Source: Tubiluchus corallicola
Taxonomy: Eukaryota; Animalia; Priapulida
DNA: 43,240 bases
NCBI GenBank assembly: GCA_030141605.1
Contig: JAQGDQ010001386.1
Location: 1 to 43,240 of the forward strand
Direction of reading: 5' to 3'
Each line of letters starts with the position of its first letter. Position 1 is the first letter of the stretch. Below are positions 1-14,328 of the stretch, piece after piece. Made by a program: the position numbers and the translations under genes. The notes beneath the pieces were generated by a model. It searched no databases, had not been told where the DNA came from, and was given only the letters and a program-made list of their open reading frames with translations.

Positions 1-119
1 TTCTGGATTCTTTAACTTTTCTCATCTGCTGCGAAATTTTATCATTTAAATGCCGCTCTATACAACCTGAGATGGATCTAGACTATAACAGTATCATAGC
101 TTCTTCATATAAGCCTTTG

Positions 120-122
<3 letters not shown>

Positions 123-194
<72 letters not shown>

Positions 195-220
195 CGTGTG
201 TGCATGCGTGCGTGCGTGTG
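123..220. repeat. (TG)n microsatellite; mirror (CA)n at ~15326-15425
   Basis: Direct inspection. Confidence 0.95.
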
Positions 221-1272
221 TACATATGCGTATATAAATTAAATATAATTAAATATTATTTATTGTCCAATTTTCGATAATATGCAGTCATCTTTCTAAT
301 ATCTTGTAAATAATAGTCTTGCATGGCAGTAAAGGTATACAGCGATCTACTGAACAGTTCAGTCATTTTCCTTTATCTTAGTTTATCATATTTAAATCGA
401 AAACATTATTTACAATAACAAAACAAACTAAAGTAGCAAATTAAACCAATAGAATTATCTTTGGTAATATGAGTTTCTTTATTAGAAAATTTCTTTCTAA
501 TAAAAGATATTCACAAATATTTAAAATTTATTCGTCAAATGCATTTCAATGAACAGGTAATCATTGTCAAGGAATGTAACAGAAAAACACCTATAGGGAA
601 ACAACACTATACAATTTTAAATCCAATTGTCAGTACTATAACTACAATATATTTATTCTAGTTAAATGAAAAAACCGGATAATATGATTGGTGTAAATTT
701 AGAGTTGACCTCAGTATTACAGCAGTGATGGTATGCATAACGTTGTCTTTCACTGTAATTTCAAATTTTCCTAATGATCAATTTTTTGTTACAGTCACTG
801 ATGATGATCAAATTTTCGTCGAAAAGCATTGTATGATCAAATTCTGATTATCTTCGCACATTAGATTCAAGAGATATTTGGAGATGTTAGGAATGTTATC
901 CAAAATAATTTATTCTGCACTATATTCTGAAAGTTTACAATACGATAGCAGTGCAAGCTTCCTAAATGTCACGATAAACAGATTTTTTTTTGTTTATTGT
1001 TTATTACTAATGCAAGTTATTATCGGACGTTTAGTTTGATAAATTTTGGTAACAGCCATTGCTGGTGCTTTTTAATTTGACTATTCGTTTGATAATTTTA
1101 AACGAATATGGGCTTAAATACCTGACAAATAATAAACAATTGTTTGTCACAGTGTAAATATAACAGTTACTACTATGACTGATAAACAATGTGGATGACC
1201 TGGAGTTTGCAGTAGCTCAGAGGTGGTGGATTGTTTTCCACATGGAGGGGTCTTCATAGCAAAAATATTGTA

Positions 1273-2055
1273 CACTAACGATTCCTCATTTAACGACGTT
1301 TCTTTTTTATGACGCCGATCATTTCACGCCTATTTTCACTTAAGGACGCACATTTTGCATTTAACGACAATTTTTTACTTTGCTCAAGACAAATTTTTAT
1401 TTAATTAACAAAATTTTTACCTAATTTGATGCACTCAAACAGCACCTATTGCCTTATTCTGTTCAAAAACGCACTAGTAATGTAAACAATGTAATTATTA
1501 TATATGCTTTTGCTTCACGACTGACCACTGACCACTCCTGTACTACTAGCCGTTTGTATCGACTATCAAATGACCAGGGAGCAATTTTGCCTGCAGCCTG
1601 TTGCTGTAGCAACCACACTAAGTATGTAGGTAAAATTCACATGGTGGTCTCAGGGCTTACTTTTGACTCTCCAGTGTTTGTTGTTCAACTATTGACTAGG
1701 CTTAAGTTAACCAAAGAGAAACACGTATAGGTATTGATAAGTACTGTAAAATAACTATATAAAATATTTATATATATATAAATATATAACACCTATATCT
1801 ATGATATCTATAAACATATCTATAAAATATATAGATGGTTTTAGGCAAGCAGGAAGACATAAAATTTTATCAGTAGAAATAGGAATAAAACTCATAGAAT
1901 GATTAACCTATATGATTTAGGGCGTTTTTGATTTTTGTCTCTGGAACGAATTTCAATTCTTTTACATTATGGAACTCGTGGCTTCATTTAACGATGTTTC
2001 ACTTAATGTCACATTTTGTTGGAACACATTAGCCACGTGAAGCGAGGACTTACTG
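1273..2055. mobile_element. pogo/Tigger-like non-autonomous DNA element
   Basis: Imperfect inverted ends resembling CAGTAAGTCCTCGCTTAACG; related ends recur at ~15943, 29389, 37419 and 39996. Confidence 0.6.
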
Positions 2056-2310
2056 AAGCACTATTCTGCATCCATGAAAGTTTGTCAAGCTAGTAAGCTG
2101 GTTATATTAAAGAGATAATCGCACAGGGATTAATAAACACAATGGTAAAGTTTAGCAATAATACAAAGTACCCCATCCATGTGGTTCATGTACTGCAGTT
2201 TGCTTCATTGGAAAGATTATCAAAAAAGAACCTCAGCCTTAGAAGTATTTACACATTCAAAAGCAAACAAAGCAAACAGTTAGCATTCCAAAAAAGAAAA
2301 TCAGGTACAT

Positions 2311-3651
2311 TTATTTTTTAAACAACAACATGTTTTTATGTACAGACGTTTCCTCTTTCACTGTGGTTAGCTTACTTTGGTATCTAGGATGTTTGCTAAA
2401 TCCACGCAAAGATAATTTACTAGTATTAAGGAATGATTTTTTACTCGAACCTAACAAAGTTGGTTTGACGTCCAGTCGACGGCTGGCATAACTAATAACA
2501 TCATACCGCGCCTTCTCTTTTTCAAATTTTCGAACAACAAAGCGATAAGAATTGATCAGTATTGCCCTAAATGTACTAAGTAATAACAAAAGAGAAACAC
2601 ACACAAAAACTAATATAAATATATGACCATACACTGACAATGAAGACACTTCAACCAGATAGAATTTGCCAGCTCGTGCACTCAAGTATAACAATGTCTC
2701 TGACGCATGTATCATATTATTAAACTCTTTATACATATTGCCAAACATAATTGTTCCAAATATGGCAAAAGGCACTAGGGCGAGTATCATTATAATACCA
2801 AAATTAATCATGGGGTCAACCGAAATGCTCAACGTAAACAAGAAAACGGCTATAAATTTAACAACCATTAACATAAGCCATAATTTAATGGTTACCAGAA
2901 AAACTAGAAAGCCCAGCACACATGAAAGTGCAAGGTCGTACACAGCAATTTCTTGAAAGCTGAGAAATTTAGTTTCCTGACTTTGAATGTACTGGTACAG
3001 CTTATCATTGAGACGCACAGTTCTCTGGAAAAAGAGAACTATACCAGCTACAGATGATCCCAAAATGCCCAGTTCGACAAATGTCCTTAAATGTGTAAAG
3101 TAAGCAAATTTCTTATTATATAGTTTTTTAGCTTCCTGATAGGAAAAGACGAAAAGGAGAATTATGTAAACTAATCCACTTGTTAAAGTTGACCAGTTTA
3201 TAAGCGACACACCCTTTAGAAGGTCCATTGTAAAAATGTCATAGTGAGGTGATGCTGCACCTATTCCACTGAATTCAATCGCTAGCGTCACGATGCTGAA
3301 TAAGTTTGTGTTAGTATTGAACAAGTTAAATTCTATCATCAAAGCACGTGTATAATCATCTATCCACACTGAGTCAGCTAGGGAGGTGACAATAGCCTGG
3401 TTTTCCCTGAGATTGCGAGTTAGGGTCTTCACATAACCACCACCACTATACCAAGCAAATTTACCTGCAAAAATATAAGGCAAAGCATGATAAACCAAAT
3501 CATAAGCATCCAGCACTTGCTGGGCTAGGTAACTGAATACCTGTTTCTTGCTCAATAATAATAGTGCATGATATTTTTAACAAAGTGCTAACTGAATCAT
3601 CACTAAACGAAAGCTATATGCCTTCCAACTCTCTCACAGGAAATAATAATA

Positions 3652-3686
<35 letters not shown>

Positions 3687-6600
3687 AACGATGATGATAA
3701 TAATAATAAGCATAAGGAAACTGGTTGCATCCACTTGCAAAAATCAGTGATGCTCATTCGATTCACACATTTCAAATTCTTGTTTTTATTTTATAAAAGT
3801 TGCATCAAACAAGAGCAAACCATCGGGCCCACATTGCCTCTTTCAGGACCAGAAGCGTTTGCTGCATTTTGTGTGGGTTCATGAAAAACTGCTCTCACTA
3901 TGCTGCGATTCGTTATACGGGATAATTTTTGTAGGTTTCCACTCTTCACACAATGGATTTTCATGCAAAGTTAAATTCTAAAAGCATTTGCTTACCTTAG
4001 GCAAATTAAAAATCAATTTTTGACGAAAAAAATTAAAAAAAAACTTTCAGTAACTGCAGTTTGCACTGTAACAATGTACAGTGTCATTAACGTGAAATAA
4101 GCTAACGCAGAAAATTTCAATTAACCAGATACAACACGCTGATACATTTGGCCTCAGGTCAACTTTATGCTTGAAGAAATATTTCTGTTAAAAGATGAGA
4201 AGACCATAATTTCTCCTTGGCTGATCGCTTGGTTCTTCCAACAAAACTATGCACAGTAGACAGTTCACTTTGGCTGTAGCAAGTAGGCGATCAATAAAAT
4301 AGTGTGTACAATCACGCAAGTGTACACCAGACTAAGCTACTCAATAGGCTAAGTTGGAGTGCCTGAAGAACCCGTGTTTTTCTTGTTTTTATCAAATTAA
4401 ATCAGTTATAAATGTTTAAGCAAATAGCATGGTTGGATGGCTGGGATTCTTCTGAATAGGGACAATACCTAATTTGTAATCATTTGATTATGTATGTGCT
4501 CATTGTATTGTTTAGGAAACAATTTGATAATATGCATTTTTTACGCAGTTGTGCCATAATTAAGGTTTTTTTAGACTTAGACTTAGCAGAAAGTGGTAGT
4601 ATATTAGGCAGGTGCTGCCATCTTTTGGTTGTTTGCCTGTAAATTCAATTTGCCTATTTCTTAAGCTGTTTACTGTACTGTCTTTTTATATACCATTCAC
4701 TGGGTTTCAACTAAAGTTAATGAGGTGTAACAGGAGTCCTGGCTATTGTATGTTGGGCAGTAGTAGTTCAGGTTTCATGGTCTGCTAGTAAAGTTCAGAT
4801 TTCAAATTTCATAATGTAGTTTGTCCAGACTGCAATTTATGTTGAAACCCGCCCCCTCTACACCGCCTTCACTTCTTTTTTTGAGCACAGTAATAAAGGA
4901 AATCAACCTGTACCAAAGTGTTCGTCATTTTTTATTGAGGTTATGGGTTACAGACATGCAGACAGACAAACTAGACAAAACACTCATACAGTAGCTAAAA
5001 AGTCCTAGGTCTTGTTTTGAATGGTGCAATCATAAAGAAGTTTATATTGTTACCTTCCATTGGAAAACATTACTCAAATGATTGTTGCACTTGTTAGAGG
5101 CCATATGTACGAACAATCAACAAAACACTTAAAAGAGGTACAAATTATTCATTTTTGTTGAGATGAGTCCAGGGCCAATACCTTTCACTTTTATATTATT
5201 TCCAATGAAAGACGTGGCTTCTTTTAACAAGGATTAGTTTAGTGCCCTGACAATGGCTTCACGCAAGGACTGACCTGCTGCATAACATAGCACATTAAGA
5301 AAACTATTGATATTTGGGGACCAAGTCCACTGTTATGGCAATTTTAGTGGCATTTGTCATTATAAAAATATTTTCGCAGTGTAAATGGCCTGTATCTGTA
5401 CTTCTTTTCCTCGTGAACAGCTGGTATAAAGGCTGAATAGGTGAGAAATCGAAGTGATGACAGGATAGTAGGACCTTCCTAGGGAGAATTCCAGAAAGAA
5501 TACTGATTTATTGTAAAAACGACAATACCTAAAAACGGCAGTGTCCAGAGCTCTAATGTTGACTGAAATATCCATTGATCAGGAGGATATCGTGGATATT
5601 TACGATAACTCCATCCTGGATTATATGAGCTAGTCTCTTCTGTTGGCCATGTGTATGAACTTATGCACTTTTGACCTTTTGATGCAAACTTGGGATCCAC
5701 AAAACATGAACCTAAAACACAAAGACAAATAAAATGAGTTCTTCTGTGTTGTCGTTGTCATTGTTGTAGTTATCAGCATTCGTTGCCAGACTTGCCATTG
5801 TCTATGTAGAAATTGTAATTGTATATTTTAGGTGCTGCCATCTATGAACTAATCATTTTACATTTTACTAGCTAAACTCACCCCCAGTATAATTGTACGG
5901 TCCAGTAAATGCATATTCACTGGATCTCTCCCTATTTTACAGTAATGGTTTTTGTGAAGCCAAGTTTGCATAATCACCTATACCTATATATACTGACTGC
6001 ATTTACTTTCTAGTCACTGTCTAACTCTCAGTGATCAGTGCAGGACAGTCTTGTTCTCAGTGTTCAGTGTAGCAGTCATTCTACCTATGTGTATGTAGTC
6101 TAATAAACGTTTTCAGTTTTGTGCAAATATGTAGTATAGTGTTTTATTCTTGTTCTACAAAGTGAGTGATCTACAACTTTAAACATGACTTTCACAGTCT
6201 AATTTCGGTTACAAGAGTATACTGCCACCACACAGCTCTTTAGTTGCACAACTGTGATATGCATCATATAAATTTGAACAGAAAATAATACTAAAAAAGT
6301 CGATTGCTTTTTTTCTAGTTTCCCATACCTGAAGCTCGTAACTGACGTAATCTCGCAACTCCAACCAATCGTGAGGTTAAATCTGTTGCATATCCGGAAA
6401 GTACCGGCTTGCCATTGTACCATTTTTCCAAAAACAAGTTTGGTAGAAGAGTATTGTTTATGTAGTCCCACATACTGGCAACATCGTTTATCTGCACGTA
6501 AAATATAATATCATTAATGATCACACAAAGTTGCTTGAAAAATTCTCTTTTTTCAAATAGCTCTTTAGGAATAATAATAATATTAGTAATAGAAATTTTA

Positions 6601-7860
6601 TTTTCTCCATAAATTTACAATCATTTGACAATAAAATACACAAAAATAAAAACGAATTTGGGAAAAAGGGTGGCGAAAAACCAAAGGTTATCGAGTCAAC
6701 CACCCTTCTCAAAAGACGCTAATGACAGCAGAACACAAATATTAAAAAATACATAAACGTCCAGAAAAACAAAAAAAAAACAAAAATACAACAACAGGAA
6801 AAAAACAAAATTCAAAAACCAAAAACCATGACAAATTTATGAACTACTCAGCAACTCATTGAAAATACCTCACAATTGTTTCTTAATAACGTGGAGAATG
6901 TTGGTAGAGGGGTGAAGATTTGAAAAGTGAAACTTTGTGATACTACAAGATTTGATCCTTGGTATCTTTAGACATTTAAACTATCTTTAAAGGTTTTCAC
7001 AAACTTATGAGTAACGGAATATAAATCGTGGCATTATTTTTCAGCAGAGCTGCTCAGCAAAATAAAAAAATGGAAAATTGTAGAACCAAGAATGTTAAAA
7101 TAATGAAAACAGAAAAAGATTAAGTCAATCGCGATTTCCGAAAGCAGGTTCTATATCAAAACATTGGACTGAATTCGACTCAGGGGGTCGAACTCCAAGA
7201 TGGCATGGCAGTCTTGATATTGCGCATCATGAAGATCCATTTTAGTATCGTTGTGTAACTGATTACTTAACTACAAATGTTAATGTTAATTACAAATGTT
7301 ATGTTAATTAACTAAGTTAATGTCTGTAAACTAGTACCATATACCTGTTATAGCATGTCATTTAACTCTCATAAAATAAAATACACAAAAACTACACTGT
7401 ACGGAGTTTATTATCAGCACTAATAAAAATAGGGAACAAAATACACGTGCACAAAAAATAACTAACTAACTCAGTAACAGCACTACACCCGAGGAGCACC
7501 TGTGTCAGAAATCAAGGCTGTAGTGACCTCTACACGCTTTTATACTCGCATTCCAGATCAGCTGGCTTCTCACACCACGTGTAGGCCCAAACAAGACGTC
7601 TGGACCTACAAGAAATGTGTGAGTTTCTGCTGACGTGAAAGCAGGGCGTGTAGAGGGTTTTACACCTGACCCGACACATGTGCCTCCGTAACAATATTAA
7701 TCAGAACTAAGTACCATGTAATACCTGAATTATAGTCTTAGTGTTAGATTACAAATGCTTGATTATAATAACGTGTACACTTACAGCAGTGAAGTTTGTC
7801 TGACCCATATACGATGCACTGATAGTCATGTCACGGATACTTTTAGTTACCAAGTAAGAT
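2311..7860 (-). CDS. Polycystin TOP+channel cassette, copy A; exons 7860-7785, 6491-6329, 5711-5529, 3464-2311; no own 5' exons or start codon
   Basis: The three internal exons match copy C in length (76/163/183) and phase, splice sites are intact, and there are no stops or frameshifts. Functional status (alternative 3' end or truncated paralog) is unknown. Confidence 0.8.
5805..6196 (+). mobile_element. Solo LTR, family 1
   Basis: TGT...ACA termini, 5-bp TSD GTCTA, internal TATA-like box and AATAAA. Confidence 0.75.
7398..7693. mobile_element. Short LTR-like element in the palindrome spacer
   Basis: Inverted termini TGTACGGAG...CTCCGTAACA; no clean TSD. Confidence 0.4.
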
Positions 7861-8703
7861 CTACAAAAAGGATACTCAAGGTATACACATTCAGCACAAT
7901 GTAAAACTATACAAGTTTTGCTAAACCTCCCTACAAATAGAGGGAATGTATTTTGTACATAGTACATAGTACATAAATAATTGTAATAATAACATAATAT
8001 TGGTAAACCGTTTAATGCAAGTCTTTGCTGGTTAGGAACAATGGCTTGCGAATCGTTTTCTGTGAAGTATTACCAAAATATCAATTATTCTTGACTGCGT
8101 CGAGAAAAATAAAATAATTTATTTAGTAAATTTAATAAATTTAATAAAACAAAATAAAATAAAACACAACCGCATTAGCTACATCTTACAGGAAATATAC
8201 GACTATGTGCACTCCAATTGTGAAAGATTTTAGGTTATTTTATTACTCCATTTATCTCTCTTTCTGTAAACCCCTCTATACTGTCATTTTTAACTGCATT
8301 CGTGTATGTATGTCTTGACTTGGCTTCTTTCTGTCATGCTCTACTGACAGAGCTAGTTTACCTGGTCTGTTGGCAGTCTGTTCTTGGCTGAGAGAGTTGT
8401 TGTTGTTGATGTTGTTGTTGTTTGTTTTTCTGGACGTTTATGTATTTTTTTAATATTTGTGTTCTGCTGTCATTAGCGTCTTTTGAGAAGGGTGGTTGAC
8501 TCGATAACCTTTGGTTTTTCGCCACCCTTTTTCCCAAATTCGTTTTTATTTTTGTGTATTTTATTGTCAAATGATTGTAAATTTATGGAGAAAATAAAAT
8601 TTCTATTACTAATATTATTATTATTCCTAAAGAGCTATTTGAAAAAAGAGAATTTTTCAAGCAACTTTGTGTGATCATTAATGATATTATATTTTACGTG
8701 CAG

Positions 8704-11700
8704 ATAAACGATGTTGCCAGTATGTGGGACTACATAAACAATACTCTTCTACCAAACTTGTTTTTGGAAAAATGGTACAATGGCAGGCCGGTACTTTCTG
8801 GATATGCAACAGATTTAACCTCACGATTGGTTGGAGTTGCGAGATTACGTCAGTTACGAGCTTCAGGTATGGGAAACTAGAAAAAAAGCAATCGACTTTT
8901 TTAGTATTATTTTCTGTTCAAATTTATATGATGCATATCACAGTTGTGCAACTAAAGAGCTGTGTGGTGGCAGAATACTCTTGTAACCGAAATTAGACTG
9001 TGAAAGTCATGTTTAAAGTTGTAGATCACTCACTTTGTAGAACAAGAATAAAACACTATACTGCATATTTGCACAAAACTGAAAAGTGTTTATTAGACAA
9101 CATACACATATGTAGAATGACTGCTACACTGAACACTGAGAACAAGACTGTCCTGCACTGATCACTGAGAGTTAGACAGTGACTAGAAAGTAAATCCAGT
9201 CAGTATATATAGGTATAGGTGATTATGCAAACTTGGCTTCACAAAAACCATTACTGTAAAATAGGGAGAGATCCAGTGAATATGCATTTACTGGACCGTA
9301 CAATTATACTGGGGGTGAGTTTAGCTAGTAAAATGTAAAAGGATTAGTTCATAGATGGCAGCACCTAAAATATACAATTACAAGACAATGCCAAGTCTGG
9401 CAACGAATGCTGATAACTACAACAATGACAACGACAACACAGAAGAACTCATTTTATTTGTCTTTGTGTTTTAGGTTCATGTTTTGTGGATCCCAAGTTT
9501 GAATCAAAAGGTCAAAAGTGCATAAGTTCATACACATGGCCAACAGAAGAGACTAGCTCATATAATCCAGGATGGAGTTATCGTAAATATCCACGATATC
9601 CTCCTGATCAATGGATATTTCAGTCAACATTAGAGCTCTGGACACTGCCGTTTTTAGGTATTGTCGTTTTTACAATAAATCAGTATTCTTTCTGGAATTC
9701 TCCCTAGGAAGGTCCTACTATCCTGTCATCACTTCGATTTCTCACCTATTCAGCCTTTATACCAGCTGTTCACGAGGAAAAGAAGTACAGATACAGGCCA
9801 TTTACACTGCGAAAATATTTTTATAATGACAAATGCCACTAAAATTGCCATAACAGTGGACTTGGTCCCCAAATATCAATAGTTTTCTTAATGTGCTATG
9901 TTATGCAGCAGGTCAGTCCTTGCGTGAAGCCATTGTCAGGGCACTAAACTAATCCTTGTTAAAAGAAGCCACGTCTTTCATTGGAAATAATATAAAAGTG
10001 AAAGGTATTGGCCCTGGACTCATCTCAACAAAAATGAATAATTTGTACCTCTTTTAAGTGTTTTGTTGATTGTTCGTACATATGGCCTCTAACAAGTGCA
10101 ACAATCATTTGAGTAATGTTTTCCAATGGAAGGTAACAATATAAACTTCTTTATGATTGCACCATTCAAAACAAGACCTAGGACTTTTTAGCTACTGTAT
10201 GAGTGTTTTGTCTAGTTTGTCTGTCTGCATGTCTGTAACCCATAACCTCAATAAAAAATGACGAACACTTTGGTACAGGTTGATTTCCTTTATTACTGTG
10301 CTCAAAAAAAGAAGTGAAGGCGGTGTAGAGGGGGCGGGTTTCAACATAAATTGCAGTCTGGACAAACTACATTATGAAATTTGAAATCTGAACTTTACTA
10401 GCAGACCATGAAACCTGAACTACTACTGCCCAACATACAATAGCCAGGACTCCTGTTACACCTCATTAACTTTAGTTGAAACCCAGTGAATGGTATATAA
10501 AAAGACAGTACAGTAAACAGCTTAAGAAATAGGCAAATTGAATTTACAGGCAAACAACCAAAAGATGGCAGCACCTGCCTAATATACTACCACTTTCTGC
10601 TAAGTCTAAGTCTAAAAAAACCTTAATTATGGCACAACTGCGTAAAAAATGCATATTATCAAATTGTTTCCTAAACAATACAATGAGCACATACATAATC
10701 AAATGATTATAAATTAGGTATTGTCCCTATACAGAAGAACCCCAGCTATCCAACCATGCTATTTGCTTAAACATTTATAACTGATTTAATTTGATAAAAA
10801 CAAGAAAAACACGGGTTCTTCAGGCACTCCAACTTAGCCTATTGAGTAGCTTAGTCTGGTGTACACTTGCGTGACCGTACACACTATTTTATTGATCGCC
10901 TAGTTGCTACAGCCAAAGAAACAGTGTGCTGTACCAGGAAATAACAACCGATCAGCCAAGGAGAAATTATGGTCTTCTCATCTTTTAACAGAAATATTTC
11001 TTCAAGCATAAAGTTGACCTGAGGCCAAATGTATCAGCGTGTTGTATCTGGTTAATTGAAATTTTCTGCGTTAGCTTATTTCACGTTAATGACACGTTAA
11101 TGTACATTGTTACAGTGCAAACTGCAGTTACTGAAAGTTTTTTTTAAATTTTTTTCGTCAAAAATTGATTTTTAATTTGCCTAAGGTAAGCAAATGCTTT
11201 TAGAATTTAACTTTGCATGAAAATCCATTGTGTGAAGAGTGGAAACCTACAAAAATTATCCCGTATAACGAATCGCAGCATAGTGAGAGCAGTTTTTCAT
11301 GAACCCACACAAAATGCAGCAAACACTTCTGGTCCTGAAAGAGGCAATGTGGGCCCGATGGTTTGCTCTTGTTTGATGCAACTTTTATAAAATAAAAACA
11401 AGAATTTGAAATGTGTGAATCGAATGAGCATCACTGATTTTTGCAAGTGGATGCAACCAGTTTCCTTATGCTTATTATTATTATCATCATCGTTATCATC
11501 ATCATCATCATCATCATCATCATCGTCATTGTTATTATTTCCTGTGAGAGAGTTGGAAGGCATATAGCTTTCGTTTAGTGATGATTCAGTTAGCACTTTG
11601 TTAAAAATATCATGCACTATTATTATTGAGCAAGAAACAGGTATTCAGTTACCTAGCCCAGCAAGTGCTGGATGCTTATGATTTGGTTTATCATGCTTTG

Positions 11701-12870
11701 CCTTATATTTTTGCAGGTAAATTTGCTTGGTATAGTGGTGGTGGTTATGTGAAGACCCTAACTCGCAATCTCAGGGAAAACCAGGCTATTGTCACCTCCC
11801 TAGCTGACTCAGTGTGGATAGATGATTATACACGTGCTTTGATGATAGAATTTAACTTGTTCAATACTAACACAAACTTATTCAGCATCGTGACGCTAGC
11901 GATTGAATTCAGTGGAATAGGTGCAGCATCACCTCACTATGACATTTTTACAATGGACCTTCTAAAGGGTGTGTCGCTTATAAACTGGTCAACTTTAACA
12001 AGTGGATTAGTTTACATAATTCTCCTTTTCGTCTTTTCCTATCAGGAAGCTAAAAAACTATATAATAAGAAATTTGCTTACTTTACACATTTAAGGACAT
12101 TTGTCGAACTGGGCATTTTGGGATCATCTGTAGCTGGTATAGTTCTCTTTTTCCAGAGAACTGTGCGTCTCAATGATAAGCTGTACCAGTACATTCAAAG
12201 TCAGGAAACTAAATTTCTCAGCTTTCAAGAAATTGCTGTGTACGACCTTGCACTTTCATGTGTGCTGGGCTTTCTAGTTTTTCTGGTAACCATTAAATTA
12301 TGGCTTATGTTAATGGTTGTTAAATTTATAGCCGTTTTCTTGTTTACGTTGAGCATTTCGGTTGACCCCATGATTAATTTTGGTATTATAATGATACTCG
12401 CCCTAGTGCCTTTTGCCATATTTGGAACAATTATGTTTGGCAATATGTATAAAGAGTTTAATAATATGATACATGCGTCAGAGACATTGTTATACTTGAG
12501 TGCACGAGCTGGCAAATTCTATCTGGTTGAAGTGTCTTCATTGTCAGTGTATGGTCATATATTTATATTAGTTTTTGTGTGTGTTTCTCTTTTGTTATTA
12601 CTTAGTACATTTAGGGCAATACTGATCAATTCTTATCGCTTTGTTGTTCGAAAATTTGAAAAAGAGAAGGCGCGGTATGATGTTATTAGTTATGCCAGCC
12701 GTCGACTGGACGTCAAACCAACTTTGTTAGGTTCGAGTAAAAAATCATTCCTTAATACTAGTAAATTATCTTTGCGTGGATTTAGCAAACATCCTAGATA
12801 CCAAAGTAAGCTAACCACAGTGAAAGAGGAAACGTCTGTACATAAAAACATGTTGTTGTTTAAAAAATAA
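8704..12870 (+). CDS. Polycystin cassette, inverted copy B; exons 8704-8866, 9475-9657, 11717-12870; lacks the 76-bp exon and all upstream exons (possible pseudogenic fragment)
   Basis: Reverse complement of copy A. Terminal-exon protein is identical to A; K>R and A>E changes occur in the two small exons; splice sites are intact. Confidence 0.7.
8999..9382 (-). mobile_element. Solo LTR, family 1, mirror copy with a small terminal deletion
   Basis: Reverse complement of 5805-6196. Confidence 0.7.
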
Positions 12871-13544
12871 ATGTACCTGATTTTCTTTTTTGGAATGCTA
12901 ACTGTTTGCTTTGTTTGCTTTTGAATGTGTAAATACTTCTAAGGCGGGGGTTCTTTTTTGATAATCTTTCCAATGAAGCAAACTGCAGTACATAAACCAC
13001 ATGGATGGGGTACTTTGTATTTGACCTGATTAGTTATCTGTGCCATACAGCCACACATAGCTAGAATGTGTTAGTCATATGCTTAGAAAAGTAGCTGCCA
13101 ATCACCAAGCTAATTACTTGCAATTTAAACAATTTAATGTTGCGTAAAAAGTTCAACGAAAGCAGCTATAATACTGCTAAATTTCAGTGAAATTTCACCG
13201 TGTCTCAACTCTGTAAATACCTAATAATGATGATGATGATGATATAAATAATAAATAAACTGTATGAATATAATACTGCATTACTAATATTTAATGCATA
13301 CTAATAAATGCATTAAATATAAACATGGTAGAATACCAGATATATACGAGTCAGTCGCTGGCTAACTAGTTTTAAATTGCCAAAAAATACTCACCAAGTT
13401 CTCCGGACAACAAAAAAGAGAATGAGATAAACAGGATTTGGGTGTAAAACTTTACCATTCTGTTTATTAATCCCTGTGCGATTATCTCTTTAATATTACC
13501 AGCTTACTAGCTTGACAAACTTGCATGGATGCAGAATAGTGCTT

Positions 13545-14328
13545 CAGTAAGTCCTCGCTTAACGTGGCTAATGTGTTCCAACAAAATGTGACATTAAGTG
13601 AAACATCGTTAAATGAAGCCACGAGTTCCATAATGTAAAAGAATTGAAATTCGTTCCAGAGACAAAAATCAAAAACGCCCTAAATCATATAGGTTAATCA
13701 TTCTATGAGTTTTATTCATATTTCTACTGATAAAATTTAATGTCTTCCTGCTTGTCTAAAACCATCTATATATTTTATAGATATGTTTATAGATATTATA
13801 GATATAGGTGTTATATATTTATATATATAAATATTTTATATAGTTATTTTACAGTACTTATCAATACCTAGCTATACGTGTTTCTCTTTGGTTAACTTAA
13901 GCCTAGTCAATAGTTGAACAACAAACACTGGAGAGTCAAAAGTAAGCCCTGGGACCACCATGTGAATTTTACCTACATACTTAGTGTGGTTGCTACAGCA
14001 ACAGGCTGCAGGCAAAATTGCTCCCTGGTCATTTGATAGTCGATACAAACGGCTAGTAGTACAGGAGTGGTCAGTGGTCAGTCGTGAAGCAAAAGCATAT
14101 ATAATAATTACATTGTTTACATTACTAGTGCGTTTTTGAACAGAATAAGGCAACAGGTGCTGTATTAGTGCATCAAATTAGGTAAAAATATCGTTAATTA
14201 AATGAAAATTTTCCTTGAGCAAAGTAAAAATTTGTCGTTAATGCAAGATGTGCGTCCTTAAGTGAAGATAGATGTGAAATGATCGGAGTCATTAAAATGA
14301 AACGTCGTTAAATGAGGAATCGTTAGTG
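13545..14328. mobile_element. pogo/Tigger-like element, mirror copy in right arm
   Basis: Starts CAGTAAGTCCTCGCTTAACG; ends CGTTAAATGAGGAATCGTTAGTG then TA. Confidence 0.6.

Larger units (their letters stand above)
1..6773. repeat. Left arm of large inverted repeat (cut by the window start)
   Basis: Reverse complement of 8421-15547; base 1 pairs with 15547 and 6773 with 8421. Confidence 0.95.

Noticed and set aside
1449-1730. 93-aa ORF and its mirror at 13872-14153
   Set aside because: TTG start inside a non-autonomous element, no recognisable domain; duplication is explained by the palindrome.
4365-4956. Possible further solo LTR in the copy A intron
   Set aside because: It shares the GGTGCTGCCATCT motif and an AATAAA, but I could not fix termini or a TSD.
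11626-11716. N-terminus MSKKQVFSY... of the 414/400-aa ORFs as a real start
   Set aside because: The start is TTG and the segment precedes a clear acceptor (tttttgcag); it is intron read-through. The same applies at 3465-3555 and 23989-24079.
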